A stretch of 61,580 nt of DNA, filler included, from Chiloscyllium plagiosum (Eukaryota), in assembly GCF_004010195.1 (NCBI RefSeq). It is 4 parts of one record of this genome, joined end to end, with 100 filler letters (N's around TTAATTAATTAA, not from the genome) between each part and the next. Parts side by side here need not be neighbours in the genome. Positions count along the whole stretch, not along the records: positions 1 to 18,137 come from NC_057712.1; 3 more parts are not named here. One strand, 5' to 3'. The notes under the pieces were generated by a model, which was not told the origin of the DNA, did not search any database, and worked only from the letters and a program-made list of their open reading frames with translations. Both the position numbers and the translations under genes were made by a program. Below are positions 1 through 11,925 of this stretch, one piece after another (within the stretch, counting starts at the first letter, position 1; each line of letters opens with the position of its first letter).

Positions 1-1290
1 TGCATTCATGTATAGTATTTTTAATTTGTTACTGCCCTCACCCTTCCCATCAACTCCTATTTCACTCAACCTTACAGCATGATCCCTTTTTGAGTTTTCT
101 GCTTCATTGATACAGTTGTCTTTCTTGACTTCTCTTGTTCTAACTTTCCCTTCAATTTCCTTCTTAAACATCCAGTTTGTCCCCTCCCCCCCGCTACTTA
201 GTTTGAACATAGCTGTGTTGCAGTAGCAAACCTGCCTGCCAGAATGCTGGTCCCTAACCTATTAAGGTGCAAAACGTCTCTCTTGTAGAATTTATGCTTA
301 CCACAAAACATACCCTAGTGATCCAAGAATTTAAATCCTTGCTTCCTGCACCAGTTCCCCAGCCACACGTTCAAGTCCATTATCTCCCTGTTTCTGGCCT
401 CACCAGCCCGAGGAACTGGAAGCAAACCGGAGATAACCACCTTGGACGCCTTGCTTTTCAGCCTTCTTCCTAGTTCTCCGAAGTCCTGCTGTGGTATGTT
501 CCTCCTCTTCTTCCCGACATCATTTGTGTCGACATGTACCACCACCTCTGGCTCTTCACCTTCGTACTTGAGGATTTCCTGCACTCTGTCCGTGATGTCT
601 TTAACCCTGGAACCAGGAAGGCAACACACCATCCTTAAGTCCCGTCTGCTGCCAGAAAAACCCCAGTCAGTTCCTCTCACTATGGAGTCCCCTATTACCA
701 CAGCTCTGTGCAATGTCCGACTCTTCCGCTCTGACTCCACGCCAACTTTTGATTGACAGACCTGGCCGCCTCATGGACTGGCAGTGTCATCTGTCTCTAC
801 TGTTTCCAAAAGATTCAACTTGTTCCTGACAGGTACTTCCCCCGGGGTCTCTTGCATCTGTCTCCTCTCTGCCTTCCTCATTGTCTGCTCTCTTCTGGTA
901 CGATTGGTGTAATAACCTCACTGAAGGTCTTGTCCAGATAGACCTCGTTCTCTCGGATGAGCCTAAGGTCCTCGAGTTCTTTCATCAGTGCTGCAATATG
1001 CTCTGTCAGTAGCTGAACGTGCACACACTTTCCACAATTATACGAGCCAGACACACCAGAGTCGTTGACCTCCCACATCAAGCATGTAGCACACTGAACC
1101 TCCTTGGACCCTCTTTTTGGGGCAAGTCTGTGGACTTTTAATTTAGGTTAGAGGAGGAGGAAGGGAGGGAGGCCTTACTTTGTAGGACCTGGGGTCTAGA
1201 ATACACCCACTCAAATAACAATCACTTACCTTCCCGACCGGCTTTGCTCTCCGACTTCACTTCCGCCCAGCTCCCGCCGCTCTCTGATGC
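1..1290 (-). mobile_element. CR1-clade LINE, 5' part: 5'UTR, ORF1 (zinc finger/coiled coil plus SGNH/GDSL esterase) and the start of ORF2 endonuclease; decayed
   Basis: ORF 878-1081 has YNCGKC followed by a leucine-rich helix. ORF 315-740 has VVIGDSIVRG...VVVHVDTND (esterase blocks I/III). Positions 1-30 read NKLKILYMNA on the minus strand, the APE start motif. Confidence 0.9.
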
Positions 1291-1299
1291 CAAAATCTA

Positions 1300-1695
1300 A
1301 CCATTATTTGTGGTTGTTAAATGACATTGCAATCACTGAATCCCACTATCAACATCCTTACCATTGATCAGAAATTAAACTGGACAAGCCATTTAGAAAC
1401 AATAGCTACACAGGTTAGGAATATTGTGGTGAGTAACTCATCTGCTCTCTCCCCTTCTTTAACCCACAAAGCCTGGATTAGAGCAACTCTAACATCACTC
1501 AAAAAGCATGAGACCCTCAAGGAAAAAGCAGCCCTTATGATTAACACCCTATTCACCACACACAGCATTCATTTTCCAATTCACCAACGTACAGTGGAAG
1601 ACAATGTGCACCATGTCCAAAATGCAGTGCAGCAACTCAGGAAAGCACCTTCACCGATAATACCTTCCAAATCAGCGACTTCTACAATCTAGAAG
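1300..1695 (+). mobile_element. Degenerate CR1/L2-group LINE 3' fragment (same family as 36720-38690)
   Basis: 'cccactatcaacatcctt..accattgatcagaa' matches 37910-37950. ORF 1321-1692 resembles the ORF2 C-terminal region. Confidence 0.6.
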
Positions 1696-2271
1696 CTAAT
1701 GGTGATTGTGATTACTCTCCCAGAAACTGTGGCTTTTCCAAATTTATCTCTGGCTATATGGTGGCCATGGCAACAGCAGATTGACTGGGCATGATCATCA
1801 ATGTGATGACATATTATATTTTCAGTTGTCATTTTTCACATTCTTGTGCGTAAAGTGATTTTATACATGGCTCAATTTGCCTGGTTGGTTCTCTGTTTCT
1901 TTCACATTTGACCATTTAAAAATTATCTGCTGCCAGACGTTTAAAACAAAATACTGATGTGAACCGGCTCAGTTAATTAACAAATTGTGGTGGGGCTGGC
2001 AAACAAGTTTAGATTTGTTTTCCTCATCTTTCCATGAAGTGTGCTCATTGTTTCACAGCATCTGGTGTGCTTGGCTCCCATATACCTTAATTGTTTTCTT
2101 TAACTCATTGACAGTGAGACATGTTTTGGTGATCGGTAGTGCCTGTAGAGTGATCTGGGGTCAGAATGGTAAGAATCAAAGTGATTCAGGGATAGAGAAC
2201 TAAAAGAAGTTCATCATGTTACTTTTCGCTACATCAAGCAGTTTTATATCGTTGGCTGGCATCCACTGTGA

Positions 2272-2459
2272 ACTTTGGTCTGAAGTCTCATCTGTTTACA
2301 TATAAACAAAAGGCCTCTCAAAACCCTTTTCATCTCTGTACCAAACCAGACTGATCGGAGCCCGGCCTGGTTTATTGCCCCTCTGAAAAATATCAAGGAC
2401 AGAGTATCCTTGAGCCAGAGAATTGCTTTTAGAGAAAAAAGGGGACTAGCTTTGTGACA
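2272..2459 (-). repeat. Truncated 3' LTR of the Gmr1-like element
   Basis: Direct repeat of 8145-8331 ending in tgtgaca (TG on the minus strand). A G-rich PPT-like tract lies next to it at 2460-2472. Confidence 0.88.
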
Positions 2460-3509
2460 CCACCCCCGCATCAAAAAAAGAACCATCAATTCCAAAAGAT
2501 GGCTTCATTTTTAACCCTTCAAAACTCAGTTAGTAGTCTCAACACATATACACTGTACTGACTATAAACATGTAAGCTTGCACAACCACATGCAACTTCA
2601 TGCCATGGTACACCCACCACTGAACGCCTCTTTATCTCATTCGAGTCTCAAAAACACATCGGCAGTCACGTTTCCGCAACCTGCCACATGCACAATTGTC
2701 AAATTGAATGGCTGCAACAATAAGCTCCATCTGAAAAGTCTGACATTTTTGTCCTTAAATTTTTCCACAAGTGTCAATGGGTTGTGGTCAGTGTTTACGA
2801 TTGTCACAGATACATTGCTGGTAATGTAAACACTAAAATGTTGTAATGCCAAAACCAAGCTTAAAGTCTCTTTCACCACCATTGAATATTTCTGCTGGTT
2901 AATGTTCAACTTGCTGGAAAAATACCCAAAAGGTCTTACTATTCGTCGTCATTCTCCTGCAGGAGCACTGCACTGACAGCCACATCACTGGCATCGATAG
3001 TCACTTTGAAAGGCTTCGTGTAATCCAGTCTGGCTAATACTGGGGCAATGGTTAACACAGGTTTTAGGCTGTTAAATGCCTTTTGACAGTCTGCTGTCCA
3101 CTTAAACTTCTTGCTCTTTTTTAACAATTCAGTGAGTGGAGCAGCCACACTTCTAAAGTTCAGCACAAACTTTGGGTAAAATCCACTCAACCCCAGGAAC
3201 TGTAGTACTGCTTTTTTTGTTGAATGTGTGGGAAATTCCCCAATTACTTTTGTTTTCGTGTCCAGTGGGGCCATTTGTCCATGTCCAATAACATGGCCCA
3301 AGAAGATGACTTGGGCTTTGGCAAAATCACTTTTAGCTAGGTTTATCACCAAGCCTGACCTCTGAAGTTGATCGGACAATTCTGATAAATGCTGTAAATG
3401 TTCCTTCCATGAGTCATTAAAATCATCAGGTCATCAATATAGTTGGGTAATCCAGCAATGACCTCATTAGTCAGTCTCTGAAATGTGGTTGGAGTGTTTT
3501 TCATATCAA

Positions 3510-3703
3510 GATTAGATTAGATTAGATTAGATTAGATTACAGTGTGGAAACAGGCCCTTCGGCCCAACAAGTCCACACCGACCCGCCGAAGCGAAACCAC
3601 CCATACCCCTACATTTACCCCTTACCTAACACTACAGGCAATTTAGTATGGGTCTCTGGCGCTGTGAGGCAGCAGTGCTAACCACTGTGCCACCGTGCCG
3701 CCC
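3510..3703 (-). mobile_element. HE1-type tRNA-derived SINE (internally deleted) inserted in the RT domain; 5-bp TSD atcaa
   Basis: Head GGGCGGCACGGTGGCACAGTGGTTAGCAC (A box) and (TCTAA)n tail. TSD at 3505-3509 and 3704-3708. Removing it restores VMPFDMKNTPTTFQR. Confidence 0.9.
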
Positions 3704-4390
3704 ATCAAATGGCATGACTTTGAATTGATATAGTCCATTTGGCATTGCGAAAGCTGAAATTGCACTCTCTGACAGAGGTGCTTAACAGTAGCATCTGAGC
3801 AAGTCCAACTTAGAAATGTAAGTTGCTCGTCCCATTTTTTCAACACAGTCTTCCAAGGAATTGGATATGCATCAGTCTTTGTAATGGTGTTGACTTTGTG
3901 ATAGTCTACACATAACCATTGGGTACCATCTGGCTTTGGCACCATGACTATAGGGGAGCTCCAGTCACTATAACTCACTTCAATTATGCCATCTTGGAGC
4001 ATGCGCGCTCTATCTTCTTTTGAACCTGTGCCAACATTAAAGGGTTATACCTATAAGGAGATTGCTTAATCGGAACAGCGTCTCTTATATCTTCATCATG
4101 CACAATTAGATTAGTACTTCGCAGTTTATTTTCGCATATCTGACCATTTGACAGCAATAACTCTTTCAGGTCATTTTGACTTGTGGAAGATAACTCAATA
4201 ATTTGTCCCAATTTTTGACAACTATCTCATTGTCCAAGTTGGTTTGAGGAATGTCCAATTCAGAGTCCCCTGAATTTGGTTCTTCCTTCCGTGCTGTAAT
4301 CATTAACACCTTCTCCTCTTGCTTTCCTTCTCAATCTAAATACCTTTTAAGCATTTTCACATGACACACTCTTTGAGATTTCTTCCTGTC

Positions 4391-4653
4391 TGGAGTCCTT
4401 ATCAAGTCATTCACCTCACTCAATTTCCTCTCAATAAGGTCCACTAAACCTGGCTTTTAAAGGCTCACCTGTTACTGGAAGTAACACCAATACCTTATCC
4501 CTAATTGCAAAATTGTGAATTTGGAGTCCTTATCAAGTCATTCATCTCACTCAATTTCCTCTCAATAAGGTCCACTAAACCTGGCTTTTAAAGGCTCACC
4601 TTTTACTGGAAGTAACACCAATACCTTATCCCTAATTGCAAAATTGTGAATTT
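4391..4653. repeat. 131-bp tandem duplication in the integrase C-terminal (GPY) region
   Basis: 4391-4521 is repeated at 4522-4653 with few substitutions. Confidence 0.9.
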
Positions 4654-7600
4654 GTGATTTTTTTTATCTGTTTCCTGTTTCATTGTATGCTGAGATACTT
4701 TGAAATGCTGTCTCGCCAACTGTCCAGCTCTATTAAACCATTCTCTAAAATTTGACACATTGTCCAAATGAATGATCTCTGAATTCTGACTTATTAATTT
4801 TTCCTTAATCAATTTTAATGGTCCTCTTACTTCATGCCTAAAAGTTAATGCAAATGGACAGAATTTGGAAGATTAATTTGGTGCAAGAAGTACAAATGGA
4901 ATGCCCTATCCCAATCATCTGGATAATCATCTCCATAAGCCCTCAACATGGTCTTTAATGTTTGATGCCATCTCTCCAGCACTCCCCACAATTCCAGATG
5001 GTACGCAGTAGATATGAATTGCTTTATTCCCAAGTTACCCATAACCTCCTTGAATAGTTCGGATGTAAAGTTTGATCCTTGATCTGACTGGATCTTTATT
5101 GGTAGTCCATATCTAGTAAAAAGTTTAAGTAGTTCTTCTATAAGCCTTTAAGCTGTGATGTTGCATATTGGGATTGCCTCAGGAAATATAGTCGACACAT
5201 CCATTATTATTAATAAATACTTATTCCCACTTTTTGTTTGAGGTAGGGGACCTACACAATCAATCAAGACTCTTGTGAAAGGTTCCTCAGATGCTGGAAT
5301 AGGTATTAAAAGTGTAGGTTTTATTACTGCCTGTGGTTTTCCGATTAGTTGACATATATGACACATCTGGCAAAATTCAACTACATCTTTATGTAGTCCA
5401 GACCAGTAAAAATGTCTTTGTATTTTAGCTTGTGTTTTCCTCACCCATAAATGACCTCCAAGTGGTAGCTCATGCACCATTCGCAGCACCTCCTTTCTAA
5501 TCCCTACTGGCAAAACAATTTGATGAATTTCTGCCCATTTCTCATCTACTTGAATGTGTGATGGTCTCCATTTCCTCATTAAGACATCATTTGTTAAGTA
5601 ATAACACACAGGAATGCATTCACTTTCCTTTTCTGTAAATGCCTTTTGATGTAACTGTTTTAAATTTTCACCTTTTTGCTGTAATTCAATCAGCTTAGCA
5701 CAGCTAAAGATACTTGCATAATTACCTATTTGCTCCTTCTCTGTTCCACTTACCTGATAGAAGAAATTTTCTGATAAAGCTATGTCAACTTCCTTATTGA
5801 TGCCTTTTGATCCCTCCTGCTTCAGCTGTGATTTTGTGATCACACGATCTGAGAAAATTCCTGGATAAATATTCTTCATGTCTTCAGTTCCCTGTGTCTC
5901 CACTGGCTTTTCAACTAGAGTAGACAGCATGCCTACCAGTGAATCAGTTATATCATTTGCCGGGACAAATTGTATTCCTGGAGGTGAGAGTTTGTCCAGT
6001 ACCCCTACCGCAAATTCTCCACTCTTCTCTGGACTCTCTAGCCTCACTTTAATTGAGCACATTTTGTCTCACCATGATTTCTTGTTACCAGTACCTTTCC
6101 TGGCAATAGTCCATCAGGAGTGCATATCTCCTCATTCTTCAGCATTACAGACCAAGAGGATTCTGTGTCCCTTAATATTGTAACCTCCTTACCTATTACT
6201 CCTGGCCTATGTGAATACACTTTACCCTTGCATGTACATTTTCTAAGCAGATCTGGCACTTACTCCTTAATCAACTTCTGATCATCTTGTACACTCTGAG
6301 GCAGTTGTCTAACTTCCCTTGTGCTTTTTGTTACTAGTCCAACAAAACTTCCAGGCTTGTCTGGTTTTCCTACATCTGGTTTTCTCCTGGCCCAACAACA
6401 CTGTGATTTCGTGTAGCCCACTTTATTACAATAAAAACACAGGAGCCTTTTAACTTCTTTGTCCCCCTGAAGGGTTTCTTTTTCACCCTGTGGTAAGTTA
6501 TCCTTTTGATCTTCACTGAGATCTATCTTTCCCTTTCCACGTGAGGATTTCTCTTTGCTCCAATTCTGGAAGCCAAACCGAGTTTTATGGACAAGCTCAT
6601 AACCATCAGCCACGTCAGCTGCTAACCTTGCTGTTTTAACTCTCTGCTCTTCCACATGAGTTCGCACTACTTCAAACAGTGAATTTTTGAATTCCTCCAA
6701 AATAATTACCTCTCTAAGGGCATCATAGGTTTGCTCGATTTTTAAAGCACTTCTCCATCTATTGAAAATACTCTGTTTTGATCCTTTCAAACTCAATGTA
6801 GGTTTGACCAGGGTCCCTCCTTAGTTTCCTGAAACGTTGTCTATAGGCTTCAGATACAAGCTCATCTGCACTTAAAATGGCTTTTGTCATCTCCTCATAC
6901 TCCACAGATACCTCCTCTGATAGTGATGCGAAAAACCTCACTAGCCTTACTTAAAAGTTTTGTTTGGATCAACAAAACCCACATTGCCACTGGCCACTGC
7001 ATTTGTTTAGCCACATTTTCAAATGAGATGAAAAAGACTTCCACATCCATCTCATCAAATTTCGGCAATGCTTGAACACACTTAAACAGTTTTTCACTGG
7101 GCTTCTGACTACCAGGGGCTTGCTCATCCTTACTCCCTTCCTCACTGAGCCTACCCTTAGACTTTATCTCCAGCCTTTTAAGCTGACTTTCCTTTTGAAG
7201 TTCAAAAGCTCTCTCTTTTTCTCTCTCTTCTGCTGCTCACTCTTTTTCTCTCTGTTCTGCTGTTCTCTCTTTTTCCCTCTCTTCTGCTTTTAATCGTAAC
7301 TCAAACAATTTCATTTCTGCTGCCCTTTCCTTATTTTGGCCTCTAGCTCAAGCTGCTTCATTTGCAATCGAATTCTTGCCATCTCTATAGATTCTGATGG
7401 TTTCCCCGGCAAGTTTAAACTCTGAGCTACTGCTGTAATTATCTCTCCTTTCCTCACAGATGCAGGTAGTTCCAATTCTAGCTTCTCTGCTAATTCCTGC
7501 AACTTGGTCTCACTCACTTTTTGCAAAACTTCCAAAGTCACTGCATCCACATCCAGAAATCTTTTGGGACTGAAAGAGCCATGACTATCCCAAGCTTTGT

Positions 7601-7660
7601 CTACCCAACCAGACCAGAACCCGAAATAAATACACTAGCACCTTCCACTCACTGTTTAAA

Positions 7661-7679
7661 ATCCCACAAAGAGCCCCCA
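7661..7679 (-). promoter_or_regulatory. Primer-binding site, tRNA-Pro type
   Basis: TGGGGGCTC(tttgt)GGGAT lies 3 nt inside the 5' LTR. It matches the tRNA-Pro PBS TGGGGGCTCGTCCGGGAT at both ends. Confidence 0.75.
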
Positions 7680-7682
7680 GTC

Positions 7683-8331
7683 TGTTACGGATTAGGCCAG
7701 ACCACTCAAAACATTCTTAAGCAGGCAGCCCCAGACCATGATTTTGCAATAAGTTTCAGTAATTGTTCAGCGAAAATTATCTGGATTAAGTAAACGAGGG
7801 TGACTACCAGGTTTAAAACAGACAAAAATTTATTCACAAAATTACAAAATGAAACACAAAGAACAGAATAAAGAACCCTGACAGAGCTCAGTCTATCCAA
7901 ACGAGACTTAAGTACGCTGTTCTGAATATACACAACAGCCCCAATAAACAAACTCCCTTTCAAACCCAGTATAAATGGAACACATGCTTACAGGTTGAAG
8001 TTGAAGGGCATAAAGAGAGAGAGAAAGAGAGTTTCCACACAGCTCCCCATTGTACTTCTCACCAGTTCAGGAGTGAACTAAGCTGCTCAGCTAGAGAGCT
8101 GACCACTGCCCTTTCATTATACAGGTCACTTCTAAAACATGACTACTTTGGCCTGAAATTTCATCTGTTCACATACAAACAAAAGGCCTCTCAAAATCCT
8201 TTTTATCTTTGCGCCAAACCAGACTGATTGGAGCCTGGCCTGGTTTATTACCCCTCTGGAAAAAAACAAGGACAGAGTAGCCTTGAGCCAGAGAACAGCT
8301 TTTAGGACAAAAAAGGACTAGCTTTGTGATA
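7683..8331 (-). repeat. Full 5' LTR (~650 bp) of the Gmr1-like element
   Basis: Ends ...CCGTAACA on the minus strand. Starts TATCACA (TG mutated; the other copy has TGTCACA). AATAAA on the minus strand at 7829-7834. Confidence 0.88.
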
Positions 8332-8509
8332 GATCACTAGTGCTGGTGGAATAAACTCTGCCACTGGACTGAAATTCTGGCACTTTTAAAAATAGTTCAC
8401 CATACAGTCCATCACTCATTTTGGAGGAATTGGGGCACTAGGAATGATTCAAGAGCAAATCAGGATGATGACAACAAGGGAGCTGTCTTCAAATGTGTTG
8501 CATGAATAG

Positions 8510-8826
8510 AATCATAGAAACCCTGCAGTTTGGGAAGGAGGTCTTACAGCCCATTGAATTCACACTGACCCTCTGAAGAGCAGCACATTCCCCTATCCTT
8601 GCATTTCCCATGTTTAAACCATGGAGCCTGCACATCCTTGAACAGTACAGGACAATTTAGCATGGCCAATCCACCTAACGTGTACATCTTTGGACTGTGG
8701 GAGGAAACCTACGCAGACATGGGCAGAATGTGCAAACTCCCCACAGACAGTCGACTGAAGGTGGAATCGACCCAGGATTCACTGGAGCTGTGAGGTAGCA
8801 GTATTAACCACTGAGCCACTGTGTTG
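8510..8826 (-). mobile_element. HE1-type SINE, diverged
   Basis: Matches the other SINE copies (caatttagcatggccaat, gtgcaaactcc, gctgtgaggtagcagt..aaccactg). Confidence 0.8.
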
Positions 8827-8928
8827 CATAAAGACAGAGTACATTTTAAAAAGAGTGTTTAGATAATTTAAACTGATTTAGTTTAGTTGCGTGTGGCCAA
8901 AATGAGGTTAAATTTACTCCTTCAAAAG

Positions 8929-9636
8929 TGTTGCAAGAGTTTCAGATGTAACAGAGAAATGAACCATCAGGCAAGACTAAGACTCTGAGTTTATGAATAA
9001 TCTAAAGATTTATTAAAGTTTAGCAAAGTAAGATTATACACTTACTGGTAAAAAAATCAACTAAATAACAAAAGGAAAGACAAGGTTATACTTATCAAAG
9101 AGATGGAGCTGACTTTAAACTGGATGGCCAATCCAGATGCCAACTCTTCGCAAGCAATTTTTTGTCACTGAGATCAAGCACATAGGGTTATTGTGCTAAC
9201 AGACAACCAGCTTGCTGACAGAGAATTATATTAAGACCAATCATCCCTGCTTGAGACTGTCTCCAAAAGGTTAGTTAAACTAGCTTGAGACTGGAAATCC
9301 TTTCAACCAGTAATGGGATTAGTGAGGATCTCAAAGAAATGGAACCTCCTTTTTTTTATATCCAATCCTATGTTTGACCCCCAACCCCCTTAATTACAAG
9401 TTATTGGATCTATTTTGTTAATAATATGTGAATAGTAAATGTTATTGGATCTGTTCAAATTTTATATTAGCTCAAACATTCAGATAATCATGTTTCAGAC
9501 TGTTTACCTTACCTTAAGATGAACAAGTGTCTAGTCATTAATGTGTCTGTGCCTTTAAGACCCAAGGACAGTTCAACATGATAAGACCATGGGTGGGTCT
9601 TGCCTCATTCATTTCAATAGCCTGCTTTGCGCAACA
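8929..9636 (-). mobile_element. Probable solo LTR of a second family
   Basis: TGTTGC...GCAACA termini. On the minus strand, TATAAAA at 9354-9360 and AATAAA at 9009-9014 are in LTR order. No direct TSD is visible. Confidence 0.5.
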
Positions 9637-9659
9637 CTTTTAAAACTACTGAGTTATTA

Positions 9660-10340
9660 AAAAGAATTCAGCAAAGTGTTTGACAGTGTGCATGGTACAC
9701 AGGTTAGCAAGGTTAGATCACATGAAATCCAGGGTGAGTGAGCCTATTGGATACAAAATTGGCTTGAAGGTAGCAGGTGGATGGTGGTGTTGGGGGGTTG
9801 TTTTTCAGACTGGAAGCCTGTGACCAATGTTATGCCACAAGGATTGGTGCTGGGTCCACTGCTTTTAGTTATTTATATAAATGATTTTGATGTGAATTAT
9901 AGGGGATATGGTTAGGAAGTTTGCAGATGACACCAGAATCGGTGGTGTAGTGGATGATGGAGAAGGTTACCTCAGAGTACCACAGGACCTTGATCAGATG
10001 GGCCAATGGTTGAGGAGTGGCAGATTGAGTTTAATTTAGATAAATGAAAGATGTTGCAGTTTGATAAGGCAAATCAGGGCAGGATGTATACACACTTATT
10101 CGTAGGGTGCTAGGCAGTGTTACCAAACAAAGAGACCTTGGGGTGAAGGTTCATAGCTGCTTGAAGGTGGAATTGCAGGTAGTGAGGAAGGCATTTGGTA
10201 TGTTTGCCTTTATTGGTCAGTGTATTGAGTATAAGAGTTGAGATGTCATGTTGCAGCTGTACATGATGTTGGTTAGGCTACTTTTGGAATATTGTGTTGA
10301 ATTCTGGTCTCCATGTTGTAGGAAATATTTTATGAATTTG
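9660..10340 (+). mobile_element. CR1 LINE RT fragment, decayed
   Basis: PQGLVLGP- and KFADDT-like (aagtttgcagatgacacc) motifs. Confidence 0.85.
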
Positions 10341-11183
10341 GATCGAGGTTGACCCTCTTCCTGCTGCCCTCCACTTTGCCTTCTGGAAGAGATCTCTAGC
10401 TTTTCAGATCTAATTATTTAGCTAAAACACTGATATTTTATTTTCTGAGCATCAGTTTTAAGAGCTCTTTATACTTTTGCAATTTCAATTTTCTCTGATG
10501 GTTTATATATGGAAATTTTGACATTTGTCTTAGCACCCACATTTCAAAGATGATTTTTCTTTACTTCACTTTCAACACTTTCGTCCATAGAACCTCAGTT
10601 AAGTTTTTGAGGCAGACAGGAAAGTGAATAGAAGGTTGATAGAATCCTGAGGTTTTCCTTGTTGCAAGTGTGTGTTATCTTGTTGTTAGCACCTGCTTAT
10701 CTTCATAAAGTTACTGATGACTCTCCCCATATTTTTTCTAATGTTGCCAATCTAATCTACCAATTTTTGTCCTAAAAATACAAATTTACGTACTTCTTCC
10801 ATTGTGACAACATTCACTTCAACCTTCTCTAATTTCTTCCAATGTATTCCTTCAACCACCATTATTTTTATTGTAATTTCTCAAATCATATTCTAAAACT
10901 CCAATCGACAATATTTTGATGGGTGTCTTTTGATTTGGCAAGGAGTTCCCCGTCAACAAGTTTGTTATATTGTTGCCTCCAATTTTAATCCTGGAAGTAT
11001 ATTTACTTCTCTGAATATTTGTTCAGTGTACAAATTAAATAATTTTGGTGACAGCACATAGTTCACGGCCTTGGCAAGCTCTTTTATTCACTGGAAACAT
11101 ACCTGGTTGTTCTATTTTAAAGCTGGAAATGTGTTGCTGGAAAAGCGCAGCAGGTCAGGCAGCATCCAGGGAACAGGAGAATC

Positions 11184-11211
11184 GACGTTTCGGGCATAAG
11201 CCCTTCTTCAG
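11184..11211 (-). ncRNA. Minimal hammerhead ribozyme motif (Penelope-associated)
   Basis: CUGAAGA-A-GGGC(uuau)GCCC-GAAA-CGUC. Confidence 0.6.
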
Positions 11212-11897
11212 GAATGAGGAAAGTTTGTCCAGCAGGCAAAGATAAAAGGTAGGGAGGAGGGACTTGGGGGAGGGGCGTCGGAAATGTGATAGGTGGAAAG
11301 AGGTCAAGGTGAGGGTGAAAGGTCAGACTGGGGTGGGGGCGGAGAGGTCAGGAAGAAGATTGCAGGTTAGGAAGGCGGTGCTGAATTCGATGGATTTGAC
11401 TGAGGCATCTTCCGCCCAGGAACCCTCCAACCCCAAGGGATNNNNNNNNNNNNNNNNNNNNNNNNNNNNNNNNNNNNNNNNNNNNNNNNNNNNNNNNNNN
11501 NNNNNNNNNNNNNNNNNNNNNNNNNNNNNNNNNNNNNNNNNNNNNNNNNNNNNNNNNNNNNNNNNNNNNNNNNNNNNNNNNNNNNNNNNNNNNNNNNNNN
11601 NNNNNNNNNNNNNNNNNNNNNNNNNNNNNNNNNNNNNNNNNNNNNNNNNNNNNNNNNNNNNNNNNNNNNNNNNNNNNNNNNNNNNNNNNNNNNNNNNNNN
11701 NNNNNNNNNNNNNNNNNNNNNNNNNNNNNNNNNNNNNNNNNNNNNNNNNNNNNNNNNNNNNNNNNNNNNNNNNNNNNNNNNNNNNNNNNNNNNNNNNNNN
11801 NNNNACCTCTTTCTACCTATCACATTTCCGACGCCCCTCCCCCAAGTCCCTCCTCCCTACCTTTTATCTTAGCCTGCTGGACAAACTTTCCTCATTC

Positions 11898-11925
11898 CTG
11901 AAGAAGGGCTTATGTCCGAAACGTC
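11898..11925 (+). ncRNA. Minimal hammerhead ribozyme motif (Penelope-associated)
   Basis: CUGAAGA-A-GGGC(uuau)GUCC-GAAA-CGUC. Confidence 0.6.

Larger units (their letters stand above)
2272..8331 (-). mobile_element. Gmr1-like (Ty3/Gypsy superfamily) LTR retrotransposon, decayed; domain order gag-PR-INT-RT-RH
   Basis: Minus-strand order: gag 7550-6260 (CCHC-type knuckle CFYCNKVGYTKSQC); protease ~6259-5900 (ILRDTESS, D-T-G-like); integrase ~5600-4400 (H..H..CQMCHIC, EPFTRVLIDCVGPLP, ARFSGPY); RT ~4210-3000 (WSSPIVMVPKPDG, YIDD at ~3431-3442); RNase H ~3000-2637 (DASD, NTDHNPL). LTR copies at both ends, plus PBS and PPT. Confidence 0.93.

Noticed and set aside
315..740. Stand-alone GDSL esterase gene
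   Set aside because: Its position between the zinc finger and the APE start shows it is CR1 ORF1.
7072..7293. ORF with repeated SLFFSLFCC
   Set aside because: It is antisense to a 27-bp tandem repeat encoding the charged coiled coil of gag.
11264..11872. 202-aa and 166-aa ORFs
   Set aside because: They run through an N gap and are artefacts.
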